Shown in pieces: positions 10,729-18,674 of a stretch of 64,000 nucleotides of DNA. The first letter of the stretch is position 1; every line of letters starts with the position of its first letter. A program made the position numbers and the translations under genes. Under the pieces are notes generated by a model, which worked only from the letters and a program-made list of their open reading frames with translations, had not been told where the DNA came from and made no database searches. Origin of the DNA: an uncultured Candidatus Saccharibacteria bacterium (lineage in GTDB: Bacteria; Patescibacteriota; UBA1384; DTJR01); the NCBI GenBank assembly GCA_964487045.1, contig CAZAOT010000001.1, positions 215,863 to 279,862 of the forward strand, given 5' to 3'.

Positions 10729-11377
10729 TTTTTCTGGAGCTCGAATAATTACAAGCGAGGTAGAAGATGGCTCGATGGATAAGGAGAACATCTCGCAAAA
10801 TTTACCTAAATTTATTGAAAAATATTACCTAGGGGATGTCGCCTACTGCGAGCAGGTCCATGGTATGCAGATCGAAATAATTTCGAAAAGTGGATTTTAT
10901 AAATCAGCTGACGGCCTGGTGACGGGGGAGCGGATGGGGCTAATTATCAAATCAGCCGACTGCATTCCCCTGCTCTTTCGCTCCAAGGAGGGGATACTCG
11001 GCGCGGTTCATGTTGGCCGCCGCTCGCTTCTTGGCGGAATCATCACTAAATCGTTAAAAGAAGTTTTTGAAAAATTATCACTCTCCCCTACTAATATAAA
11101 TTTTTTCCTGGCGCCGCACATTCGAACTAACAATTATGAAGTCGGCGAAGACCTAATCCAGGAGATTTCAGCATGTGGCTACTCCCCTTTTATCAAAGAA
11201 AGTCACTTTGATCTAACCGGAGCGCTTATAAATGATCTTGTGAAAATCGGGGTAAAGGAGGAGAATATAGTGGATAGCGGGATCGACACATTCTCTGACA
11301 AGAGGTTTTTTAGTTATCGTCGAGGCGACAAAAATAAATTATTTGCAAGCGTAATTTCATGGCCAAAAGACAAGTAG
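10718..11377 (+). CDS. pgeF: peptidoglycan editing factor PgeF/YfiH (DUF152 laccase-domain protein)
   Basis: Motifs ADCIPLLF...GAVHVGRR. A GTG start with AAGGAG 7 nt upstream was chosen, which overlaps the comM stop. Confidence 0.7.
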   Translation: MEFNFSGARIITSEVEDGSMDKENISQNLPKFIEKYYLGDVAYCEQVHGMQIEIISKSGFYKSADGLVTGERMGLIIKSADCIPLLFRSKEGILGAVHVGRRSLLGGIITKSLKEVFEKLSLSPTNINFFLAPHIRTNNYEVGEDLIQEISACGYSPFIKESHFDLTGALINDLVKIGVKEENIVDSGIDTFSDKRFFSYRRGDKNKLFASVISWPKDK

Positions 11378-12405
11378 CGCAGATCTATAAAATATTGCTC
11401 CTGATTGTTTCAGTGATTTTTATATATGTGATTTTTAGGCAGCTTGGAGACCTGACCAGAGCTGTTGAGACCCTGTCCAAGGGTTCATGGTATTTTATCC
11501 TGCCGGTTCTCGGTATTCAGGTGCTGGCGATAGTCAATAAAGGCGCTCTTTATCAAACGCTCTATGATTATTTCAAGGTGAAAGACACGCTTTGGCGACA
11601 TATCAAGATGCAGCTCGCGGCAAACTTTTTGAATCTCGCTGCGCCCTCGGGTGGATTATCCGGAATGGCCGTTTATGTCGCTCAGGCCAAATCACATGGA
11701 GTCTCCAAGAGTCGCTCGACGTTTATAAATTTCTTTGCCTACTTCTTATACTATGCGGTCTTTACTATTATTCTTCTCTTCGGATTGTTTTATCTAATGC
11801 TCAATCATCAACTCTATCAGTACCAGATCGTAACCGCCTCAATCCTGTTTGGCATGATTATTTTAATTTTAATCGCAGTAATTGCAGTTATCGAAGAGGC
11901 AGCCAGACTCAACAAGCTGTTTTCGCTGGTAGCGAGAATGATTAATTTTATTAGCCGATTTTTCAAGAAGAAAAAGTTAGTCGAAGATCAAGACATTTCT
12001 GCGCTTTCAAAAGAAATTCATAGTTGTTTGAGATATGTCCAAGTCAAATGGAAGGCCTTGTGGCTACCAATTTTTCATGTTCTTTTGGCTGAAGCAATTG
12101 ATATTATGACGTTGTATTATTTGTTTTTGGCCTTCAAATATCCGATTTATCCTGGAATTTTAATAACCGCATACGCTATCTGTGTTTTATTTACCCTAGT
12201 ATCAATCACTCCTGGAGGGATCGGGGTAGTTGAAGCAGCGATGCTGTTCGTATTGTCAAACCTTGGAGTACCGGTAGAATTAGCGGCGGTTGCAGTTTTG
12301 GGGTTTAGAATTATTGGTTACTGGATTCCTTTCGGCTTAGGGTTCTTATCATTTAGGTCGCTTCATAGCGAGAAATTGGAAAAAATCGAGAATGGTACTG
12401 CTTGA
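11359..12405 (+). CDS. UPF0104 / LPG-synthase-TM 'flippase-like' integral membrane protein
   Basis: Multi-TM protein with the GIGVVEA motif typical of the family. It is translationally coupled to the neighbouring genes. Confidence 0.65.
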   Translation: MAKRQVAQIYKILLLIVSVIFIYVIFRQLGDLTRAVETLSKGSWYFILPVLGIQVLAIVNKGALYQTLYDYFKVKDTLWRHIKMQLAANFLNLAAPSGGLSGMAVYVAQAKSHGVSKSRSTFINFFAYFLYYAVFTIILLFGLFYLMLNHQLYQYQIVTASILFGMIILILIAVIAVIEEAARLNKLFSLVARMINFISRFFKKKKLVEDQDISALSKEIHSCLRYVQVKWKALWLPIFHVLLAEAIDIMTLYYLFLAFKYPIYPGILITAYAICVLFTLVSITPGGIGVVEAAMLFVLSNLGVPVELAAVAVLGFRIIGYWIPFGLGFLSFRSLHSEKLEKIENGTA

Positions 12406-13084
12406 TCAATTAGGCCCGAATATCGATCATATTCCGACGCCTAAAAAGAAAAAACAAAATTATATTTGGGCTTTATTTAAAGATATTGTTCTAGTAACTT
12501 TTTTTTCATTTTGTGTTTTCATATTCATCAATTTCCCGGCAATTACATTGATTGGTACTTACAAATTGACTCCACATCGACTCGCTTATGATTTTCCAGC
12601 CCAGGCTGAGACTCAGAGTCCGACTGCTATTGAGTCAAAAACTCCGGAGGCGCCAAAGATTGAACAATATCCTGATAATATGATTTTTATTCCTAAGATC
12701 GGGGTGAAAGCTCCCATCGACTGGGACGTCACAAGTGATAATGTGATGGACGAGCTCGAAAAGAATGTCGTTCATCTCAAGGATACTGATAAGCCGGGTG
12801 GGCCTGGCAATATCTTTGTGACTGGTCACAGCTCAAACTACTGGTGGAAATCAGGAGAGTATAATACGGTCTTCGCTCTAGTTCCTCAGCTTGTCGAGGG
12901 AGATGAAATCATCATCACCTACAAAGGAGAATTTCATTATTATAAGGTCACTGACAAGCAGGAAATGCGAAAAGACGAAGTTTCAAATCATCTCGAATCG
13001 GGTCGGCCAAGACTCACGCTTATGACCTGCGTACCAGTTGGAACGAATTTGAGAAGGATGTTGGTGTTTGCTTCACCCCGTTAG
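12392..13084 (+). CDS. sortase family transpeptidase
   Basis: N-terminal TM helix, catalytic His (VTGHSS), TLxTC motif (LTLMTC) and a conserved Arg. Confidence 0.8.
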   Translation: MVLLDQLGPNIDHIPTPKKKKQNYIWALFKDIVLVTFFSFCVFIFINFPAITLIGTYKLTPHRLAYDFPAQAETQSPTAIESKTPEAPKIEQYPDNMIFIPKIGVKAPIDWDVTSDNVMDELEKNVVHLKDTDKPGGPGNIFVTGHSSNYWWKSGEYNTVFALVPQLVEGDEIIITYKGEFHYYKVTDKQEMRKDEVSNHLESGRPRLTLMTCVPVGTNLRRMLVFASPR

Positions 13085-13232
13085 AGATTAGCGCAAGCCT
13101 TATTATGTTTAATTAGATTAGAAGATAAGAATCGATATTCAAAAATAAACTAAAGGAAGTTTTATCTCTAACGGGGCAAGCCAGTTAAGAAGTAATTTAT
13201 TGAAAATGCACAAGTTTGGTATAATCAATTTG

Positions 13233-13577
13233 ATGAAAAAATCCTATTTATTCCTAGCACTCTTAGGCTTAATTTTTCTGTTTGCAGTAAAAGTCCAAGC
13301 TCAGGGAACCGAGCCTGGCTTGGGTTTGCCGCTTCTAGATGATGTTACCTCGACAGCAACGACAACATCTGGTACTTATACTACTACCCCAATCACAACT
13401 TACTCGACAATTACGCCAACCACCTATACAACTACGACGAGTTCTCTCAGCCAGCAGGCAGTTGATGATGCTGATACAGGGAGTGAAGTGGTTGTGTTAG
13501 TTATTCTCTCAATCACTGGCGGAGTGGGAATTTTCTTAATCAAAAAATACTTCGATTTTAAGCGCTATAGTTTGTAG
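13233..13577 (+). CDS. small Thr-rich surface protein: signal peptide, low-complexity Thr-rich region, C-terminal TM helix and basic tail (candidate sortase substrate)
   Basis: Signal peptide MKKSYLFLALLGLIFLFAVKVQA. C-terminus ...VDDADTGSE-VVVLVILSITGGVGIFLI-KKYFDFKRYSL. The ORF lies directly downstream of the sortase. Confidence 0.6.
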   Translation: MKKSYLFLALLGLIFLFAVKVQAQGTEPGLGLPLLDDVTSTATTTSGTYTTTPITTYSTITPTTYTTTTSSLSQQAVDDADTGSEVVVLVILSITGGVGIFLIKKYFDFKRYSL

Positions 13578-13646
13578 CTCGATCTATAAATATTCTCTCA
13601 TTTGCGGCTGGTTCATTTTGCTTTTATCTTCTGATAAAATGAGGTT

Positions 13647-15089
13647 GTGATGGAAGATCCCTTTGGTCTTCTTGAGATAAGTAAAAAGTCACCATCTCAA
13701 GAGACCAAGCAAAAAAAAGACAACCGGAAGGTATATTTGACCGTGATGTCAGTCTTGGTAGTTTTTAGTTTACTTGCAGTCAGCTTGGCAATATTCAGCG
13801 ATCGGGGCAAAATTTCAGCCGATTCTCAGAACCCGGCTGCAACTATCAAAATTACTAACCTTCCGTCAGATATCAAAACAGGCCAGACAATCTCATTTAA
13901 TTTAGTTTTTACAAATACTTCTGATAATTTCGATACTTCATACGCTCTCATCCAAGCAAAGGGTCTGAGCTTAAATCAAACGACCGAGCAGGCGAAGAAC
14001 CTACTTGTGACGCAAGATGGTTACTTACGAAAAATGATCGATTCTGAATATACGCGTTTCGATCAGCAGGGTGATTCAGGAATTTATTATAGGACTGGCG
14101 CTCTTAAGAATAACGAGTCAAAAAGCTTAGTAATCAAGGCTGTCGTCAACTCTGGTGCGGAAGGTGATACCGGCGTTGAGGCGAAGATGTTTACGACCAA
14201 ATATAAGGCTGAGAAATGTGGATTTTTGCGTTTATCAACTTGCCAGAGTGAATCGGGAACGAACCAAATCGCTTCAGCCACTTTCCAGCTTGAGCCACTT
14301 GAATCAGGCAAGATCAAGCTTCGCTCCGGCTTTAATTTCGTTTCTCTCCCATATATATTTTCTTCAAACTCATTGCAGGAATTTTTCGCCTCGCTCAAGA
14401 GCAAATGGGCTTATATTTATGCTCCGTCAACAGGGGAATATTTAAATTTGTTAACCGGCACCAATACTGCAAATGTTAAACCAGGGAGTGCTTTCTGGGT
14501 TTATGATGCAAACGGGGGTGAATATGATTTACCAACCACCAAAGTCGAGACAAATATCAACGAAACGTATTCGATTCCCCTCTCAATCGGCTGGAATCAG
14601 GTGGGCAATCCCTATTCAAAACGTATGATTTTATCTAGCAAGAAAATTATAGTAAAAGAGCTTTCTGACTCTGGAAGCGAGCTTGGCACTGGCTATGACC
14701 TTAAAACCGCGATCGCAAATGGCGTTTTGTCTGATCCATATATGATCGTTTATCCAACAGCCAATGATTCTTCGACTAATCTCAAAACAGTCAAGGGATT
14801 TTTGGACAATATGATCGAGCCGTTTTCCGGATTCTTGATTAGCTCAACCAAGAAAGTAAATCTAATAATTCCTGGCAAAGAGGTTATTGCTCCAGGCGAC
14901 GTATTGTCCGGCAAGGAAAGAACCAAGATCGAAAATTGGATTAGTGAAAATGGGTTTAATCAATACGGCGATCCAAACGGGACTGTCTATGCGGGCGGTA
15001 CCCCACTTTACGATGAAAATACCGGTCAAACTCTTGACCGAATGGACTATATTTTAGAGCGTCACCCCGACAGACCGTGGAATAGATAG
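13647..15089 (+). CDS. large extracytoplasmic hypothetical protein with an N-terminal signal-anchor
   Basis: 480-aa ORF. A TM helix lies at about residues 30-50. Backbone composition. No known domain was recognised. Confidence 0.55.
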   Translation: MMEDPFGLLEISKKSPSQETKQKKDNRKVYLTVMSVLVVFSLLAVSLAIFSDRGKISADSQNPAATIKITNLPSDIKTGQTISFNLVFTNTSDNFDTSYALIQAKGLSLNQTTEQAKNLLVTQDGYLRKMIDSEYTRFDQQGDSGIYYRTGALKNNESKSLVIKAVVNSGAEGDTGVEAKMFTTKYKAEKCGFLRLSTCQSESGTNQIASATFQLEPLESGKIKLRSGFNFVSLPYIFSSNSLQEFFASLKSKWAYIYAPSTGEYLNLLTGTNTANVKPGSAFWVYDANGGEYDLPTTKVETNINETYSIPLSIGWNQVGNPYSKRMILSSKKIIVKELSDSGSELGTGYDLKTAIANGVLSDPYMIVYPTANDSSTNLKTVKGFLDNMIEPFSGFLISSTKKVNLIIPGKEVIAPGDVLSGKERTKIENWISENGFNQYGDPNGTVYAGGTPLYDENTGQTLDRMDYILERHPDRPWNR

Positions 15090-15125
15090 CGTAGCTAAAT
15101 ATTAAGTACTAAGTTCTAAATTAGA

Positions 15126-15497
15126 ATGTCAAACAAAGATCAAAACTCAAAATCCAAGAAATACGGATTAGGCGAAAGGTGTTCAAAATTTGGGGAAGAA
15201 ATTATTTTATTTTGTAAGACAATTAAAGAATCTAACATCAATAAAAGCATTATTAATCAATTAATAAGATCCGGAACCTCAATTGGTGCAAATTATATGG
15301 AAGCTGATTGTGCCGAAAGTAAGAAGGACTTTTATCACAAGATAGGTATTTGTAAAAAAGAGTCAAAAGAATCTACGCATTGGCTCAGGATGCTAGCAAC
15401 TTCGGAACAGCATTTAAAAGCTAATTGCAGGAGACTATGGCAAGAAGCTCATGAATTAACATTAATCTTCTCAACAATTATTAAAAATAGAACTTAG
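15126..15497 (+). CDS. four-helix-bundle protein (the family also called 23S rRNA intervening-sequence protein)
   Basis: Characteristic of the family: ...IRSGTSIGANYMEADCAESKKDFYHKIGICKKESKESTHWLRM... Confidence 0.65.
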   Translation: MSNKDQNSKSKKYGLGERCSKFGEEIILFCKTIKESNINKSIINQLIRSGTSIGANYMEADCAESKKDFYHKIGICKKESKESTHWLRMLATSEQHLKANCRRLWQEAHELTLIFSTIIKNRT

Positions 15498-15595
15498 ACC
15501 TTATTATTTTGTTAGAACTTGGAACTTTTAATTTAGAATCTTTTAAGTCCATGCTTGAGATTTGATTGGATGTTGGTTTTTGGTAATTGATATTT

Positions 15596-15919
15596 CTAAA
15601 TCGACAGATTTAGTCTATCCACCATCCACACTCCAGCTTTGAGGATGATGTCTGATTTGGTGTTAATTAGATACACAGCAACAACGGCTAAAATTAGAAT
15701 TGAATATGTTATTAGAATTTTTCTAATTTCTTTCTTAACCTCATGGGTTTCGGCAGCATCAGAGTCATTTCTCATCTGTGTTTGAGGTTTGATTTCAGCT
15801 TTCGCATCCGAAGCAATTACTTCCTCTTGCCCTTCAGGCATAGATGTTGAAGTGCTTACTTGATGCTCCGCTTGCGCGTGCATTATTTTTCTCAATTTTT
15901 TCTTATTTCTTTTTCCCAT
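15596..15919 (-). CDS. small hypothetical membrane protein
   Basis: 107 aa with a charged N-terminus and one TM helix. It sits downstream of tRNA-Cys on the same strand. Confidence 0.4.
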   Translation of the reverse strand: MGKRNKKKLRKIMHAQAEHQVSTSTSMPEGQEEVIASDAKAEIKPQTQMRNDSDAAETHEVKKEIRKILITYSILILAVVAVYLINTKSDIILKAGVWMVDRLNLSI

Positions 15920-15998
15920 AAATGCCTTTTTTTAATAATTGTCCAACTTCGCCAAGGCTTCGCTGGACATCCCGCATAGCCCTTTGGGCGACGTGGGA

Positions 15999-16072
15999 TG
16001 GAGGTCTGGCCGGGATTTGCACCCGGGTATGCGGTTTTGCAGACCGCTGCCTAACTACTCGGCCACCAGACC
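15999..16072 (-). tRNA. tRNA-Cys (GCA)
   Basis: Hand-folded. Acceptor GGTCTGG/CCAGACC, anticodon loop CTGCAAA, T stem CCGGG/CCCGG, discriminator U, encoded CCA. The T-loop is atypical (TGCAAAT). Confidence 0.75.
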
Positions 16073-16306
16073 ATGTCAAACTTCAAGCCTACTTAGTCAC
16101 CCTTGTCCTTCCGTAGGTCGCACTGCTCATAGAGGATATAATCCCTTGATCAGTAAGACCGAAGGAGGAAGACCTAATTTACAGGGTTAATATTATCAGC
16201 TTTTTATTAAATATAAAGAGTTTACGAAAGAAAACAGCCCCGGACGCGTCATCCTGGTAGAACCAGTCTGACGGCCGGGGCCGTTGGTGGCTAGTTGCCT
16301 AGCCAA

Positions 16307-16732
16307 CTACTCCCAGGAGAGCCAGGGGGCGGCAGAGGTGTCGGCAACCTTCATCAGGATTGCCAACGCGGTAGATGCGACGGGCCCCGGGAAGGCAACC
16401 GTTCCGCCTTCCTTGCGAATACCGACCTTGAGGCCAACAGCCTCAGCGGCGGCGCAGATGAAGCCGTGGCCGCGCGAGAAGATGTTGGCGGCGCCATCGA
16501 GCGCCAGTTCATGGCCATGGATGAGCACGTTGTCGCCATCCTGAAACATGTACACGAAGGTCGCGTTGGACTTGTCCTTGGCGACCTCCATCACGAACAT
16601 CTCGGCCTCGATCTCTCGGCTCTCCTCGTCAACTTCGCCTTGCTCATTCAGCGATACGACAGTCAGAGGCAGTGACCTTCTCATCTGAAACTCCAACCGC
16701 TTTAGGGGCGCGGCAACCCCATGGCTTGTCAA
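16307..16732 (-). CDS. GC-rich island B, gene 2: hypothetical protein of 125-141 aa
   Basis: GC-rich ORF. An internal Met at 16684 has the better SD (GGAG). Upstream at about 16800-16830 is a TTGACT-17-TATAGT promoter. Downstream (minus strand) is the gccccgg/ccggggc hairpin followed by a T-run. Confidence 0.5.
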   Translation of the reverse strand: MTSHGVAAPLKRLEFQMRRSLPLTVVSLNEQGEVDEESREIEAEMFVMEVAKDKSNATFVYMFQDGDNVLIHGHELALDGAANIFSRGHGFICAAAEAVGLKVGIRKEGGTVAFPGPVASTALAILMKVADTSAAPWLSWE

Positions 16733-16985
16733 ACTTCATGCAAGGGAGTACTAAGCTTCCTCCTCAAGCAAACATAAGACTATACCACAAAACAGCCTAA
16801 AAGTCAAGCCAAGTGAGTATTCTCACCTGGGTAACCCCTCACTCTAGACACGAAGTGAACGTGAACGAATTGTTCGAGTGAACTTTCGAGTTAGAGGGAG
16901 TGGTCAAGATTAGGGCTGTTTATAAAGAGGAAGGCCCCCTGTCGAATGACGGGGGGCCTGGTGGTTGCGAACAGAATCAGCGGGG

Positions 16986-17777
16986 CTATACCTTGGGAAA
17001 GATGGAGGCGCAGTCGCGCCCGGTGAACATGTTTTCGGGCGTGATCTGGACAGAGCGCCCGATGGCGTCGAGGTTGGGAGAGCATGCCAGAAGAACTTCG
17101 CGTAGATTCCACATGTTCATCCAGATATCCTTGAGCGCCTCAATGGCGCCGTCGGTTCCCTTCAGGAATAGTCCGTTCGGTGGGCCCTTGATGGGCCATT
17201 CCTTCAAGTGCTCCGATCCGGTCAGCCAACGCTCAAGCGCCAGAACCTCCTGAGGGAAGACGACTTTTTGCCCGGTGTTGTTCTGGCACTGGAGCCTGAC
17301 CTCATCAATGATGCTAGGGTCACTGGCCGAGGCCCGACCCTTGAAAGTAACGCGCACATTCTTGGCGGTGGTGTCGCGGACTCGTTGCCACTCGCAGTAC
17401 CAGTCGGCGAAGTCTTCCTTGATTGAGAGCTTGCAGACATAGGCTGATTGGAGCGTACTCCTTCGATCTCGGGAGTGATTGGACATGATCGGGTCGGGTG
17501 TGTGCTCGATGGACAAGCGTGGACCGAAGAGATGGCATCTCGTCAGGCCTCTGGCGAGGTTGACACAACGAGTGTTGCCAATGTAGTGAAGGAACCTAGT
17601 TCCTTGAGCTTCCGGACTCTGTAGTCGGATATCCATCTCGTCGCCGGAGGCGTTGGCCTGAATGTAGGCTGCGGCGCCTCCCTTGAAGCCTGGCACGATC
17701 TCGATGTCTCCTTGTAACGGTTTGAGCGCTTCGATGTCCGGAAGGCTGAACAGCTCGGGGGTCGGCGGCTGCACCAT
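16986..17777 (-). CDS. GC-rich island B, gene 1: hypothetical protein of 263 aa
   Basis: GC-rich ORF. AAGGAG lies 5 nt upstream of the ATG. No family was recognised. Confidence 0.5.
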   Translation of the reverse strand: MVQPPTPELFSLPDIEALKPLQGDIEIVPGFKGGAAAYIQANASGDEMDIRLQSPEAQGTRFLHYIGNTRCVNLARGLTRCHLFGPRLSIEHTPDPIMSNHSRDRRSTLQSAYVCKLSIKEDFADWYCEWQRVRDTTAKNVRVTFKGRASASDPSIIDEVRLQCQNNTGQKVVFPQEVLALERWLTGSEHLKEWPIKGPPNGLFLKGTDGAIEALKDIWMNMWNLREVLLACSPNLDAIGRSVQITPENMFTGRDCASIFPKV

Positions 17778-17880
17778 CTTGACTCCTTCTTGGCGGCTTA
17801 CCAGTAGGCCATGCCCGAACGGGTTGGGGAAGCGTCAACTATTGGTCCTGAGAAAACGGACATATGTTTATTCGCTGATC

Positions 17881-17926
17881 CTATCCGCCAAAGATCAAGT
17901 ATTCTCCTGATCACTGGCGGATAAGT
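17881..17926. promoter_or_regulatory. imperfect 17-bp inverted repeat (cTATCCGCCAaaGATCA...TGATCActGGCGGATAag), a candidate operator upstream of island B gene 1
   Basis: The palindrome was read directly. It lies about 100-150 bp upstream of the 17777 start and is adjacent to and overlaps a TTGACA. Confidence 0.45.
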
Positions 17927-18034
17927 ATGTCAAAGAACATTCAAAAGCACTCCTTGTAAAATCTTCACCAATACAATAACCTTATTTGTTAATATTTACA
18001 AAATTTCTCTCTTGATATATAATTGCTCCAGTTA

Positions 18035-18109
18035 GCGGGTGTAGTTCAGCGGTAGAACGCTTCCTTGCCAAGGAAGAGGCCGTGGGTTCAAGTCCCATCA
18101 CCCGCTCCA
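18035..18109 (+). tRNA. tRNA-Gly (GCC)
   Basis: Acceptor GCGGGTG/CACCCGC, anticodon loop TTGCCAA, T-loop TTCAAGT, encoded CCA. A terminator hairpin (aaccgcc-acca-ggcggt + T-run) follows. Confidence 0.9.
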
Positions 18110-18231
18110 AACAAAATAACCGCCACCAGGCGGTAATTTTGTTTGAAAAATGGCTGTGGGACTTGAAGGCCGGAGGTGCGACGGCACCGAGGCCCGCCCT
18201 GAAGAAATTTCAGCAGAAATTTACTGAAGGG

Positions 18232-18251
18232 AAGTCCCATCACCCGCTCCA
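18232..18251 (+). repeat. 20-bp perfect direct repeat of the tRNA-Gly 3' end (aagtcccatcacccgctcca)
   Basis: Identical to 18090-18109. Additional 19-bp direct repeats (gggacttgaaggccggagg) lie at 18158-18176 and 18300-18318. Confidence 0.8.
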
Positions 18252-18435
18252 ATTGAAACAGATGGCCCAGTAGGGCCATATTTTGGTGGAGTAAAAATTG
18301 GGACTTGAAGGCCGGAGGGCAACTGGTGCTTGATTTTGTAATTTCTCGATGTTCTCCGTTTGTTCGGGGTTGATTTTTACTCCTAACAGGTGTAGACCCT
18401 TGACAAGCTTGCTCAGTAGTGTACACTATTTCCCG

Positions 18436-18669
18436 ATGTTAAAAATCCTTGTTTGGATAGAATATATTGTTTCTGTCTTGATCATTGCTTCGGTGCTACT
18501 TCAGCACCGCGGTACTGGTTTGGGCGGAGCATTTGCAAGTTCTGCAAACGCTTATCGCTCCAAGAGGGGCATAGAGAAGTTTTTGTTTAACGCTACCATC
18601 GCTTCTGCGGTCGTACTGGTAGCAGTAACCCTAACTCATTTGTATCTTCGCCTAAAAGGCATAAGTTAA
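18436..18669 (+). CDS. secG: preprotein translocase subunit SecG
   Basis: Sequence MLKILVWIEYIVSVLIIASVLLQHRGTGLGGAF. The promoter is TTGACA-16-TACACT at 18401-18428. Confidence 0.8.
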   Translation: MLKILVWIEYIVSVLIIASVLLQHRGTGLGGAFASSANAYRSKRGIEKFLFNATIASAVVLVAVTLTHLYLRLKGIS

Positions 18670-18674
18670 GAACT

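Noticed and set aside
15922-16190. Plus-strand ORFs 15922-16116 and 15939-16190
   Set aside because: They overlap the hand-folded tRNA-Cys on the opposite strand and have no SD. They are likely spurious.
17208-17910. Several 70-80-aa ORFs on both strands within GC-rich island B
   Set aside because: High-GC DNA generates long spurious frames. These are nested inside or antisense to the larger 263-aa ORF.
18082-18426. ORFs 18082-18273(+) and 18088-18426(-)
   Set aside because: They span tRNA-Gly and the tRNA-end repeat region. The region is better explained as tRNA plus an integration scar.
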